NCBI GenBank assembly: GCA_040081625.1
Contig: JBEBGD010000102.1
Span: 1 to 19,645 of the forward strand
Source of the DNA: Chthoniobacteraceae bacterium
GTDB taxonomy: Bacteria > Verrucomicrobiota > Verrucomicrobiia > Chthoniobacterales > Chthoniobacteraceae
Direction of reading: 5' to 3'
Length of the DNA: 19,645 nt
The position numbers were made by a program, and so were the translations under genes. Positions 6,606 through 14,298 of the stretch are shown piece by piece. The notes beneath the pieces were generated by a model that saw only the letters and a program-made list of their open reading frames with translations, was not told the DNA's origin and did not search any database. How positions within the stretch are numbered: position 1 is the first letter of the stretch; the number at the start of each line of letters is the position of its first letter.

Positions 6606-7664
6606 ATGCCCGAAACCCGCACGCCCATCAAGTCGCTCACGCTCGACGACCTCGGCGCGCGCTTCGACGCGATCGGGCAGAAGGCGTATCGCGCGAAGCA
6701 GGTGATCGAGTGGATCTACCGCAAACGCGTGAAGGACTTCGCAGCGATGTCGAACCTGCCCGCCGAGTTGCGCGCGCAGCTCGACGCGGAGTTTTCCTTC
6801 GATGCGCTCGAAGTCGTCCGCGTGCTCGGCTCCGAGGACACGACGCGCAAATTCCTCCTCCGCCTGGCCGACGGCGCACTCATCGAGTCGGTGCTCATCC
6901 CCGCGTCGCCCGCGCTCTACGGCGAAGCGAGCGACCGCCGGACGCTCTGCGTCTCGACGCAGGTCGGCTGCGCGTATGGCTGCAAATTCTGCGCGAGCGG
7001 GCTCGACGGCTTCAGCCGCAACCTGCACGCGGGCGAGATCGTCGAGCAGGTGCTGAAGGTCGAGGAAGTCAGCGGCGAGAAGGTGAACAACCTCGTCTTC
7101 ATGGGAATGGGCGAGCCGCTCGCGAACTTCGCCAACGTCATGCGCTCGATCGAGATCATCAACGCGCACTGGGGCATCGGCATCGGCGCGCGGCACATCA
7201 CGCTCTCGACCAGCGGCCTCGCGCCGCAGATCCGCCAGCTCGCCGACGTGCCGCTCCAAGTCCGGCTCGCCATTTCGCTCCACGGCGCGACCGACGAAGT
7301 GCGCGAGAAGATCATGCCCGTGAACCGCAAGTATCCGCTCCACGTCCTGCTCGACGCGTGCGAGGAATACTCGGAGCGCAAACGGCAGCCGATCTTCTTC
7401 GAATACATCCTCATCGAAAACGTGAACGACCGGCCCGAGGACGCGGAGGCATTTGTCCGCATCGCACATCGGATTCCATCGAAGGTGAACTGCATCCCTT
7501 ACAACACCGTCGAGGGCCTGGAGTGGACGCGGCCGAGCGAAGCGCGGCAGGACGCCTTCATGGCCGTGCTGCGCCGGGCCGGCGTCCGCGCCACGATCCG
7601 CCGCGAGAAAGGCCACGACATCGCCGCCGCCTGCGGGCAGCTCCGCCGGCAGACGATGGCGTAG
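6606..7664 (+). CDS. rlmN: Dual-specificity 23S rRNA (A2503-C2)/tRNA methyltransferase RlmN, radical SAM
   Basis: CVSTQVGCAYGCKFCASG (CxxxCxxC), VFMGMGEP, ISLHG, EYILI, VNCIPYN and DIAAACGQL motifs. Start placed at ATG 6606 (MPETRTPIKSL). Confidence 0.96.
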   Translation: MPETRTPIKSLTLDDLGARFDAIGQKAYRAKQVIEWIYRKRVKDFAAMSNLPAELRAQLDAEFSFDALEVVRVLGSEDTTRKFLLRLADGALIESVLIPASPALYGEASDRRTLCVSTQVGCAYGCKFCASGLDGFSRNLHAGEIVEQVLKVEEVSGEKVNNLVFMGMGEPLANFANVMRSIEIINAHWGIGIGARHITLSTSGLAPQIRQLADVPLQVRLAISLHGATDEVREKIMPVNRKYPLHVLLDACEEYSERKRQPIFFEYILIENVNDRPEDAEAFVRIAHRIPSKVNCIPYNTVEGLEWTRPSEARQDAFMAVLRRAGVRATIRREKGHDIAAACGQLRRQTMA

Positions 7665-8276
7665 CTACGGCACCGTGCTGTTGAAGGAAATCACGATCCG
7701 CAGCGCCTCCGGCTCGTCGCACTGAAACGGCTCGACCCAGTGATTCAGCCACGAGGGAAAGATGAGAATCTCGTCCTCGACCGGCTGCACGTTGATCGTG
7801 GGGCTCATCCACGGCGGCTTAACCTTTAGCCGGCGCATCCCCTCCGTCTCGTGCGCGTTGAGATTCAGCCGCGGGTCCTGGAAGACGATCGCGCCGCCCG
7901 TCATCCCCGCAGGCACGCAGAGGTAAAGCGCGCCGCTGAGCAGATTCGCGGCGTGATTGTGCGGCACGTTGTAGTCGCCCGCGCGATTGATCACCGACCA
8001 GCCGGTGAGGGCGAGCTGGATTTCGCCGCGATAGCCGAAGATCTCCGCGATGTAAGCGAAGAGCGCCTTGGTGATCGCATCGCGCATCTCGGGAAACTGC
8101 CGTTGATCCGTCGCGAAAAGATTTCCGCCTGAATGCCAGCCCCCGCGATTGCTCTTCGCCTCGCCCGGTGCCGCCGCGCGCTGCGCGAGCAGATGCTCGC
8201 GAATCTCCGCGCGCAGCTCCGGCGAGAGCCCGGCAGAGTCCCGCAGCACCGGGGTGGTGAAGACGTGGTTGAGCAT
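7665..8276 (-). CDS. TIGR02466-type putative 2OG-Fe(II) oxygenase
   Basis: FTTP start, SNRGGWHS, WSVINRAGDYNVPHNH, SGALY, FQDPR, IFPSWLNHWVEP and RIVISFN, all typical of this family. Start ATG 8276 lies 2 nt after the upstream stop. Confidence 0.88.
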   Translation of the reverse strand: MLNHVFTTPVLRDSAGLSPELRAEIREHLLAQRAAAPGEAKSNRGGWHSGGNLFATDQRQFPEMRDAITKALFAYIAEIFGYRGEIQLALTGWSVINRAGDYNVPHNHAANLLSGALYLCVPAGMTGGAIVFQDPRLNLNAHETEGMRRLKVKPPWMSPTINVQPVEDEILIFPSWLNHWVEPFQCDEPEALRIVISFNSTVP

Positions 8277-8278
8277 CG

Positions 8279-9280
8279 CTACACGCGGATCACGATCTTC
8301 CCGAAGTGCGCCCGGCTCTCCATCAGCGCGAACGCATCCCGCGCGCAGCCGAACTCGTAGATGCTGTCGATCACCGGCGCGAACCGGTGCTGCTCGATCG
8401 TCCGATTCATCGAATCGAACATCTCGCGATTGCCCACGTAGTAGCCCTGCACGCGCAGCGACTTCACGATGATCTGCCACGGATTGATCTTCCCCTCGAA
8501 GCCCGTGAGCACGCCGATGAGATGCACCTTCCCGCCATAGCCGACCGACTCGAACGACTTCTCGAGCGTGCCCCATCCGCCGACTTCCACGACGTGATCC
8601 GCACCGCGCCGGCCCGTGAGCTCGTGGACGCGCACCTGCCAGTCCGGGAACTCGCGGTAATTGATCGTCTCGTCCGCGCCGAGCGCGCGCGCCTTCGCGA
8701 GCTTCGTGTCGCTCGATGAAGTGATGATCACCCGCGCGCCATGCAGCTTCGCGAATTGCAGCGCAAAGATCGACACGCCGCCCGTGCCGAGCAGCAGCAC
8801 CGTCTCATCCGCACTCACGCCACCCTCCTCGACCAGCGCGTGCCACGCCGTGAGCGCCGCGCACGGCAGCGTGCAGGCCTGCTCGAAGCTCATGTGCGAC
8901 GGCATCGCCACCACGTCGCGCAGCGCCACCTTCTCCGCGAGCACGCCATGGAGCGGCCCGCCGAGATCGCTGCGCATCACCTCCCGCCGGATCCGCCCGG
9001 CTTCCCACGCCTGAAAAAAGCAGCCGATCACGCGGTCACCCGGCTTCCATGCCGTCACATTCGCGCCGACCGCGATGACCTCACCCGCGCCGTCCGAGCA
9101 CGGGATGAGTGGCGTGAGATTGTTCGGCCGTTCGATGCGCGTCGCGATGAGGTCGCGGAAATTGAGCGCCACCGCGCGGATGCGCACGAGCACCTCATCC
9201 GGCGCCGGCACCGGGTCCGGCAGCTCGACCTGCATGAGCCCGTCGAGCGACCCGCGATGTTGGATTTGCCAGGCCTTCAC
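8279..9280 (-). CDS. NAD(P)-dependent medium-chain dehydrogenase/reductase (MDR, quinone-oxidoreductase-like)
   Basis: EVLVRIRAVALNFRDL, PCSDGAGEV, PGDRV, LPCAALTAWHAL, GTGGVSIFALQFAK and HFGKIVI. GTG start at 9280 with an upstream GGAGG, overlapping the DUF5069 stop (GTGA). Confidence 0.93.
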   Translation of the reverse strand: MKAWQIQHRGSLDGLMQVELPDPVPAPDEVLVRIRAVALNFRDLIATRIERPNNLTPLIPCSDGAGEVIAVGANVTAWKPGDRVIGCFFQAWEAGRIRREVMRSDLGGPLHGVLAEKVALRDVVAMPSHMSFEQACTLPCAALTAWHALVEEGGVSADETVLLLGTGGVSIFALQFAKLHGARVIITSSSDTKLAKARALGADETINYREFPDWQVRVHELTGRRGADHVVEVGGWGTLEKSFESVGYGGKVHLIGVLTGFEGKINPWQIIVKSLRVQGYYVGNREMFDSMNRTIEQHRFAPVIDSIYEFGCARDAFALMESRAHFGKIVIRV

Positions 9281-9720
9281 GCCTTCCCTCCGAAGCTCAC
9301 GTAATCGTCGAGATCGAGCACATCCGCCCACGTTGCGATGTCCTCGCGGAGTGGCCCCGCCGCCTTGTGGAGGCTGTTGAAATAGTCGCGCCCCTCGACA
9401 TCGGTCGGCACCGCCTGATCGCGCAGCGCGGTCCACTGCGCGATCTCCATCGCCGAGCGTTTGTGCGCCGTGTTCGCCTCGATCCACGCGAGCGCCTCGC
9501 CGTCGCCGATCCCCTTCGCCACCTCCGCCTTGAGCTTCTCCGCGTCGATGCCGACAAAGCTCAGCAGCCGCTGATCGAGCGGGCAGTTGTAGTGGTAGTC
9601 GCCGTTCTTGCCGGCGAGTTCCGCGCGACATTTGTCGAGCATGCGCGGCAACAGCGCATAGCCGCCAAGCCGGCACCGCGCGCTGCGAGGCGGCTGTTTG
9701 GTCAGGTCAGGTGCATTCAT
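9277..9720 (-). CDS. DUF5069 domain-containing protein
   Basis: PDLTKQPPRS..RLGGY..LPRMLDKCRA..AG..GDYHYNCPLDQRLLSF.GI and C-terminal W.D.LDLDD match my recollection of this family, which is common in Verrucomicrobia. Confidence 0.82.
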   Translation of the reverse strand: MNAPDLTKQPPRSARCRLGGYALLPRMLDKCRAELAGKNGDYHYNCPLDQRLLSFVGIDAEKLKAEVAKGIGDGEALAWIEANTAHKRSAMEIAQWTALRDQAVPTDVEGRDYFNSLHKAAGPLREDIATWADVLDLDDYVSFGGKA

Positions 9721-9762
9721 CGGGCGCGCTTTTCGCGTGCTTTTCGTGCGCCGTCGAGCGCG

Positions 9763-12033
9763 CTATTTCTCCGCGCTCGTCGCGAGCCGCCGCGCGATGA
9801 ACTCCTGCACCTGCGGGATCTTCGTCTTCGCGAGCATCTCGGCGGCGGCGGCCGGGTCGGCTCCGACGATCGGCTCGACGGCATACCACAGCATGAGCGG
9901 AAGATTATGGTCGGTCGCGAGGTCGGCGCGCGCGAGCAGCGGCGGGAGGATTTCCGCGGCCTGCGCGGGAAGGCGCTGCGCGGCACTGGCGAGGTAGAGT
10001 TGCACGACGCGCGATCCGTCGGACTGCGCGAGGCGCGAAAGTTCCCCAGCGATCGCGGCGCTCACCTTGCGGGGCTCGGCGGCGAACTGAATCGCCCACG
10101 CGCGCACATATTCGTCGGACGATTTCATCGCAGCACCGAGCGCCGCGTCGTCGAGCGCGCCGATCGCGTGCGCGAGCCAGAGCGCGCGGAGGCTGCCGTC
10201 GAGCGCGAAGGACTTCGACTTGCGCTCCTGCAGCAACCGGCGCGCGGTGGTGCGCAACCACGCGTCGTCGCCGAGCGCGAGCGCGGTGAGTTCGGCGTCG
10301 GTCTGCTTCGCGAGGTTGGCGGGCTGCTTTCCGCCGGTGCGCGCGACTTTGTAGATGCGGCCCGACTTGTAGTCGTGCGCCTCGCGCTGCGGGCGGTGGC
10401 ATTGGTTGAGGTCATACCAGTCGATCATGTAGATCGCGCCGCCGGGGCCCTGGCGGATGTCCACGACCTGGCTCGCGCGGTCGTTGAAGTTTATGAAGTC
10501 CGCGCCATGCCTGCCGACGAAGCCGCTGCCCGCGCGCACCGGCACGTCGGCATTGATGCGCTGGCCGTGGATGTTTCCCATCAGCGAGCGGCCCTCCCAT
10601 TCGCCGAAGCCGCCCTGCGGGATGCACAGGCCCGCGTGCGCGTGTCCGCCGCCGGCCGCGTCGCTCTTGCTATTTCCCGCGTGCGGCTTGTCGCCGAGGT
10701 AGTGGCGGTGATCGGCGATGGTCTTGATGTCGTCGTAAGTGTGCGCGTTGAAGTGCTGCCCGGCCTGCCGGTGATAGCGCGCGCCTTGCACGACGTGGAA
10801 GAGGTGCGGGATCACGCACGCCTCGGCGAAGAGCTGGCCGCGCGCGTCGAAGTCGATGCCCCACGGGTTGCTCGTGCCTTCCGCGAACACCTCGAACTCG
10901 TGCCGCTGCGGATGATAGCGCCAGTAGCCCGCGTTGATCTTCACGCGCCCGCCGTCGGGCGTGCCGGGCTTGCCGACCGCGCTGTGCGTGAAGACGCCGT
11001 GACAGCCGTAGAGCCAGCCGTCCGGGCCCCAGCGGAACGTGTTCAGCGTCTCGTGCGTGTCCTGGAAACCCCAGCCATCGAGCAGCACGCGCGGCTCGCC
11101 TGCGGGCTTCGGCGTGTCGCCATCGGCGATCGGGATGAACATCAAATACGGCGCCGCGCCGACCCACACGCCGCCGAAGCCGATCTCGATCCCGCTCACG
11201 AGATTCAGCTTGTCCATGAAGACCGTGCGCTTGTCCGAGCGCCCATCGCCGTCGGTGTCCTCGAAGACAATGATCCGATCGCGTCCCTCGCCCTCCGCCG
11301 CGCGCTTCGGATACGTGATGCCTTCCACGACCCACAGCCGGCCCCGCTCGTCGATGCAGAACGCGATCGGGTTCACGATGTCCGGCTCGGCGGCGAACAT
11401 CTTCATCTCAAAACCGGGCGGCAGCGTCGCGGCCTTCACCGCGTCCGCTGGCGCGAGTCCGGCGTGCAGCACCTCGTCGGGCTTCAGATTGGAAGTGGCC
11501 GCGTTCGCGATCTTCGGTGCCTCGGCGTGGAAGACGAAGTCGTCGAAGTTCACGTGGCCCCAGCCGACGCGCTCATCATCGACGATGCGGATGAAGATCT
11601 CGCGCCCGCCGAATTTCCGCAGGTCCACGACCGAGCGCGCCATGGTCTCGCGGTTCGCTCCGCGCGCGGTGTGGATGACCTTGCCGTCGTCCTTCGTCGC
11701 GATCTCCACGCGCGTGCCCGGCAGCGAACCGCCGCCGATGAGGAAGCTCGCCCACGGCTGCGTGACCTTGAACGGCGCGGACGTGAGCGTGCCGGTCGGC
11801 TCGTCGCGCAGCAGCTCGTAACCGCCGATCCAGAACTCGCCCGCGTGATTGGAAATCTTGCCTTCACCGAACGGGCGCTTCGGATCGATCGGGCCCTTGA
11901 CCGGCTGGCCCTTGAACGCCGCGCCTTCCGCCGTCCAGCCGGCGAGCGTGCCGGACTCGAAGCCGAGGTTCGGAGCGTCGGCGGCGAAGACGGAGGTGGC
12001 GGCGAGGAGGAGAGCGGGGAGGCGGGGACTCAT
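9763..12033 (-). CDS. PVC-type putative dehydrogenase (TIGR02604-like beta-propeller) with N-terminal CBM-like domain and HEAT-like C-terminus; no CxxCH
   Basis: Signal peptide; LPPGFEMKMFAAEPDIVNPIAFCIDERGRLWVVE, DRIIVFEDTDGDGRSDKRTVF, QDTHETLNTFRWGPDGWLYG, GTSNPWGIDFD, GPGGAIYMIDWYD and SGRIYKV motifs; helical repeats after about aa 570. Confidence 0.9.
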   Translation of the reverse strand: MSPRLPALLLAATSVFAADAPNLGFESGTLAGWTAEGAAFKGQPVKGPIDPKRPFGEGKISNHAGEFWIGGYELLRDEPTGTLTSAPFKVTQPWASFLIGGGSLPGTRVEIATKDDGKVIHTARGANRETMARSVVDLRKFGGREIFIRIVDDERVGWGHVNFDDFVFHAEAPKIANAATSNLKPDEVLHAGLAPADAVKAATLPPGFEMKMFAAEPDIVNPIAFCIDERGRLWVVEGITYPKRAAEGEGRDRIIVFEDTDGDGRSDKRTVFMDKLNLVSGIEIGFGGVWVGAAPYLMFIPIADGDTPKPAGEPRVLLDGWGFQDTHETLNTFRWGPDGWLYGCHGVFTHSAVGKPGTPDGGRVKINAGYWRYHPQRHEFEVFAEGTSNPWGIDFDARGQLFAEACVIPHLFHVVQGARYHRQAGQHFNAHTYDDIKTIADHRHYLGDKPHAGNSKSDAAGGGHAHAGLCIPQGGFGEWEGRSLMGNIHGQRINADVPVRAGSGFVGRHGADFINFNDRASQVVDIRQGPGGAIYMIDWYDLNQCHRPQREAHDYKSGRIYKVARTGGKQPANLAKQTDAELTALALGDDAWLRTTARRLLQERKSKSFALDGSLRALWLAHAIGALDDAALGAAMKSSDEYVRAWAIQFAAEPRKVSAAIAGELSRLAQSDGSRVVQLYLASAAQRLPAQAAEILPPLLARADLATDHNLPLMLWYAVEPIVGADPAAAAEMLAKTKIPQVQEFIARRLATSAEK

Positions 12034-12145
12034 GCGCGCGATTCACCCGCAACCGCACACCGATTGCAACCGCCGAGGCGCGCAGTGATCGCGCAAGCAA
12101 AGCCCGCTTGTCTTGCGCGCACGCGTCACGTAGTGGGCACGCCCG

Positions 12146-12865
12146 GTGATTCTCCTACCTGCAATCGATCTCATGTCCGGCGAAGTCGTCCGACTTCGCC
12201 AGGGCAAAGCTGACCAAAAGACCGTCTATTCACGCGACCCCGCGGCCTTCGCGCGGCGCTGGGAAAGCGAGGGCGGCGACTACCTTCACCTCGTCGATCT
12301 CGACGCCGCGTTTTCCGGCGAGCAGCGCAATCTCGAGAGCGTGCGCGCGATTTGCGAGGCGGTGCGCATTCCCGTGGAACTCGGTGGCGGCATCCGCAGC
12401 GAGGAGGCGGTCCGGCGCGCGTTCGACGCGGGCGTGTCGCGGGTGATCATCGGCACGCGCGCGGCGGAGTCGCTCGACTTTGTGCGCGACATGGCGCGCG
12501 AGTTTGGGAGCGCGCGCATCGCGGTGGGCATCGATGCGAAGAACGGGATCGTCGCCGTGAAAGGCTGGACGGAAGCGACCAACGTCGCCGCGCTCGACCT
12601 CGCGCGACACGTCGAGGACGCGGGCGCGGGCACGATCATCTACACGGACATCGCGACCGACGGGATGCTGCAAGGGCCGAACTTCGCCGAGACGCAGCGC
12701 GTGCTCGAGGCGGTGCGCTGCCAGCTCATCGCCAGCGGCGGCGTGACCAGCGCCTCCGACGTGCACCGACTCGCGGAGATGCCCGGACTCTACGGTTGCA
12801 TCATCGGCAAGGCACTCTACGACGGGATGCTCAGCCTCACGGAACTCCGCACTTTGAATCGATGA
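12146..12865 (+). CDS. hisA: 1-(5-phosphoribosyl)-5-[(5-phosphoribosylamino)methylideneamino]imidazole-4-carboxamide isomerase
   Basis: PAIDL..G.VVRLRQG, LHLVDLDAA, ELGGGIRS, VIIGT, VGIDA, YTDIATDGMLQGPN, IASGGV and IIGKALY; GTG start. Confidence 0.96.
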   Translation: MILLPAIDLMSGEVVRLRQGKADQKTVYSRDPAAFARRWESEGGDYLHLVDLDAAFSGEQRNLESVRAICEAVRIPVELGGGIRSEEAVRRAFDAGVSRVIIGTRAAESLDFVRDMAREFGSARIAVGIDAKNGIVAVKGWTEATNVAALDLARHVEDAGAGTIIYTDIATDGMLQGPNFAETQRVLEAVRCQLIASGGVTSASDVHRLAEMPGLYGCIIGKALYDGMLSLTELRTLNR

Positions 12866-13803
12866 AAGCCCTCTACCTCGACTGCATCTCTGGCATCAGC
12901 GGCGACATGACTGTCGGCGCGCTGATCGACCTCGGCGTGAAACCTTCGACCCTCGAATGGGAGCTCTCGAAGCTCGGCCTCGGCGATTTCCATATGCACT
13001 ACGACCGCGCGAAGCGGAAGGAGATCGAGGGCGTGAAGTTCGGCATCCACGAAGGCGCGACGCATACGCACGACCAGGATGAGCCTGAAGAACACAAACA
13101 CGAACACGAGGACGCTCACGAACACCACGAGCACGAGCACGCGGACCATCACGAACACGATCACGCCGAGCACGAGGGACACGACCACGGCCACGCCGAC
13201 GATCCCGAGCACAAGCACGAGTGCTGCGGCCACGAGCATGGACATGAGCATGGACACCATCACGAGCACGACGAGCACGAGCACGGGCGCACCCACGCGC
13301 AGATCCGCGAGCTGATCGAGCACAGCCAGCTCTCGGATTTCGTGAAGAAGCGGGCGCTCTCGATCTTCCAGCGCATCGCGGTCGCCGAGGGGAAGATTCA
13401 CGGCGTTCCGCCCGCGGACGTTCACTTCCACGAGGTCGGCGCATTCGATTCCATCGCGGACATCGTCCTCGCCTGCGTCGGCATCGAGGCGCTCGGCGTG
13501 GAGAAGATCTTCGCCTCCACGCTGCACGACGGCCACGGCACGGTGAAGTGCGCGCACGGCACATTCCCGGTTCCCGCGCCGGCGACGCTCGAGATCCTGC
13601 GCGGCATTCCGCTCGGGCAGATCGACGTGCCGCACGAGCTGATCACGCCGACCGGCGCCGCGATCGTCGCGGAGTTTTCAGAGCGCTTCGGGCTGATGCC
13701 TGCGATGAAGATCGATCGCATCGGCTACGGACTCGGCTCGCGCGACCTGGCCACGCGGCCGAACGCGCTGCGCGCCGTGCTGGGCGAACTCACCGAGGGC
13801 TGA
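12862..13803 (+). CDS. larC: Nickel-pincer nucleotide cofactor nickel insertase LarC, N-terminal part (LarC1) with long His-rich insert
   Basis: YLDCISGISGDMTVGALIDLG, His-rich tract, AEGKIHG...VHFHEVGAFDSIADIV, HGTFPVPAPATLEIL, ELITPTGAAI and GYGLG...PNALRAVLG. The ATG overlaps the hisA stop (ATGA). Confidence 0.95.
   Translation: MKALYLDCISGISGDMTVGALIDLGVKPSTLEWELSKLGLGDFHMHYDRAKRKEIEGVKFGIHEGATHTHDQDEPEEHKHEHEDAHEHHEHEHADHHEHDHAEHEGHDHGHADDPEHKHECCGHEHGHEHGHHHEHDEHEHGRTHAQIRELIEHSQLSDFVKKRALSIFQRIAVAEGKIHGVPPADVHFHEVGAFDSIADIVLACVGIEALGVEKIFASTLHDGHGTVKCAHGTFPVPAPATLEILRGIPLGQIDVPHELITPTGAAIVAEFSERFGLMPAMKIDRIGYGLGSRDLATRPNALRAVLGELTEG
13048..13296 (+). repeat. Low-complexity His/Glu/Asp-coding tract (CAC-GAG/CAC-GAC type repeats) inside larC1
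   Basis: Encodes HEGATHTHDQ...HKHECCGHEHGHEHGHHHEHDEHEHGRTH; I count 32 His in 83 codons. Confidence 0.9.
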
Positions 13804-13806
13804 ACG

Positions 13807-14298
13807 ATGGCCGGCGGATTCGAGATCGACGAAGTCTATCAGCTCGAGACCAACCTCGACGACTGCGCCGCCGAGGTGCTCGGGCTCACGATGGAGCATC
13901 TGCTCGCGGCGGGCGCGCTCGACGTGTGGTTCACGCCCGTCTTCATGAAGAAGAGCCGGCCGGGCGTGCTGCTCGGCGTGCTCTGCGAGGAAGGCGTGCG
14001 CGACGTGCTCGCCGACATCATTCTCACCGAGACGACCGCCTTCGGCCTGCGGGTGGAAAAGGTGCACCGGCTCAAGCTCGCGCGCCGCATCAAGGTCGTG
14101 CAGACGCCGTTCGGCGAAGTGCAGATCAAGCTCGGCCTCAAGGGCGGGCGCGTGGTGCAGGTCGCGCCGGAGTTCGACAGCGTGCGCGCGGCCAGCGAGT
14201 CCGCCGGCGTGCCGCTGCGCGTGGTGCATGAAGCCGCCGTCGCTGCGTGGCGCGAGCGCGAGCAGGCCGAGGGCTCAGCCGCGGACGAACTGGCCTGA
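13807..14298 (+). CDS. larC: LarC C-terminal part (LarC2, CTP-binding domain)
   Basis: LETNLDD...E.LG..ME.LLAAGALDVWFTPVFMKKSRPG, ILTETTAFGLR, VQTPFGEVQIK and APEFD. GAGG lies 8 nt upstream of the ATG; same reading frame as larC1. Confidence 0.93.
   Translation: MAGGFEIDEVYQLETNLDDCAAEVLGLTMEHLLAAGALDVWFTPVFMKKSRPGVLLGVLCEEGVRDVLADIILTETTAFGLRVEKVHRLKLARRIKVVQTPFGEVQIKLGLKGGRVVQVAPEFDSVRAASESAGVPLRVVHEAAVAAWREREQAEGSAADELA

Noticed and set aside
6606..7664. Cfr-type antibiotic resistance methyltransferase
   Set aside because: The motifs (STQVGC, MGMGEPL) and housekeeping context fit RlmN; no mobile context.
9367..12213. 948-aa plus-strand ORF
   Set aside because: Antisense shadow of the PVC dehydrogenase and DUF5069 genes, with no protein-like motifs.
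13048..13296. CRISPR array or non-coding tandem repeat
   Set aside because: The repeats are 3-9-nt codon-level units encoding the in-frame His-rich tract, with no constant repeat and unique spacer structure.
13801..13837. Selenocysteine codon with SECIS in larC
   Set aside because: A weak hairpin exists at a compatible distance, but the UGA falls in a variable inter-domain linker rather than at a conserved Cys, and no sel genes are visible. It is kept only as a generic read-through hypothesis.
13801..14298. larC pseudogene
   Set aside because: Both parts keep their motifs intact, the break is at the known domain boundary, and larC2 has its own SD and ATG.
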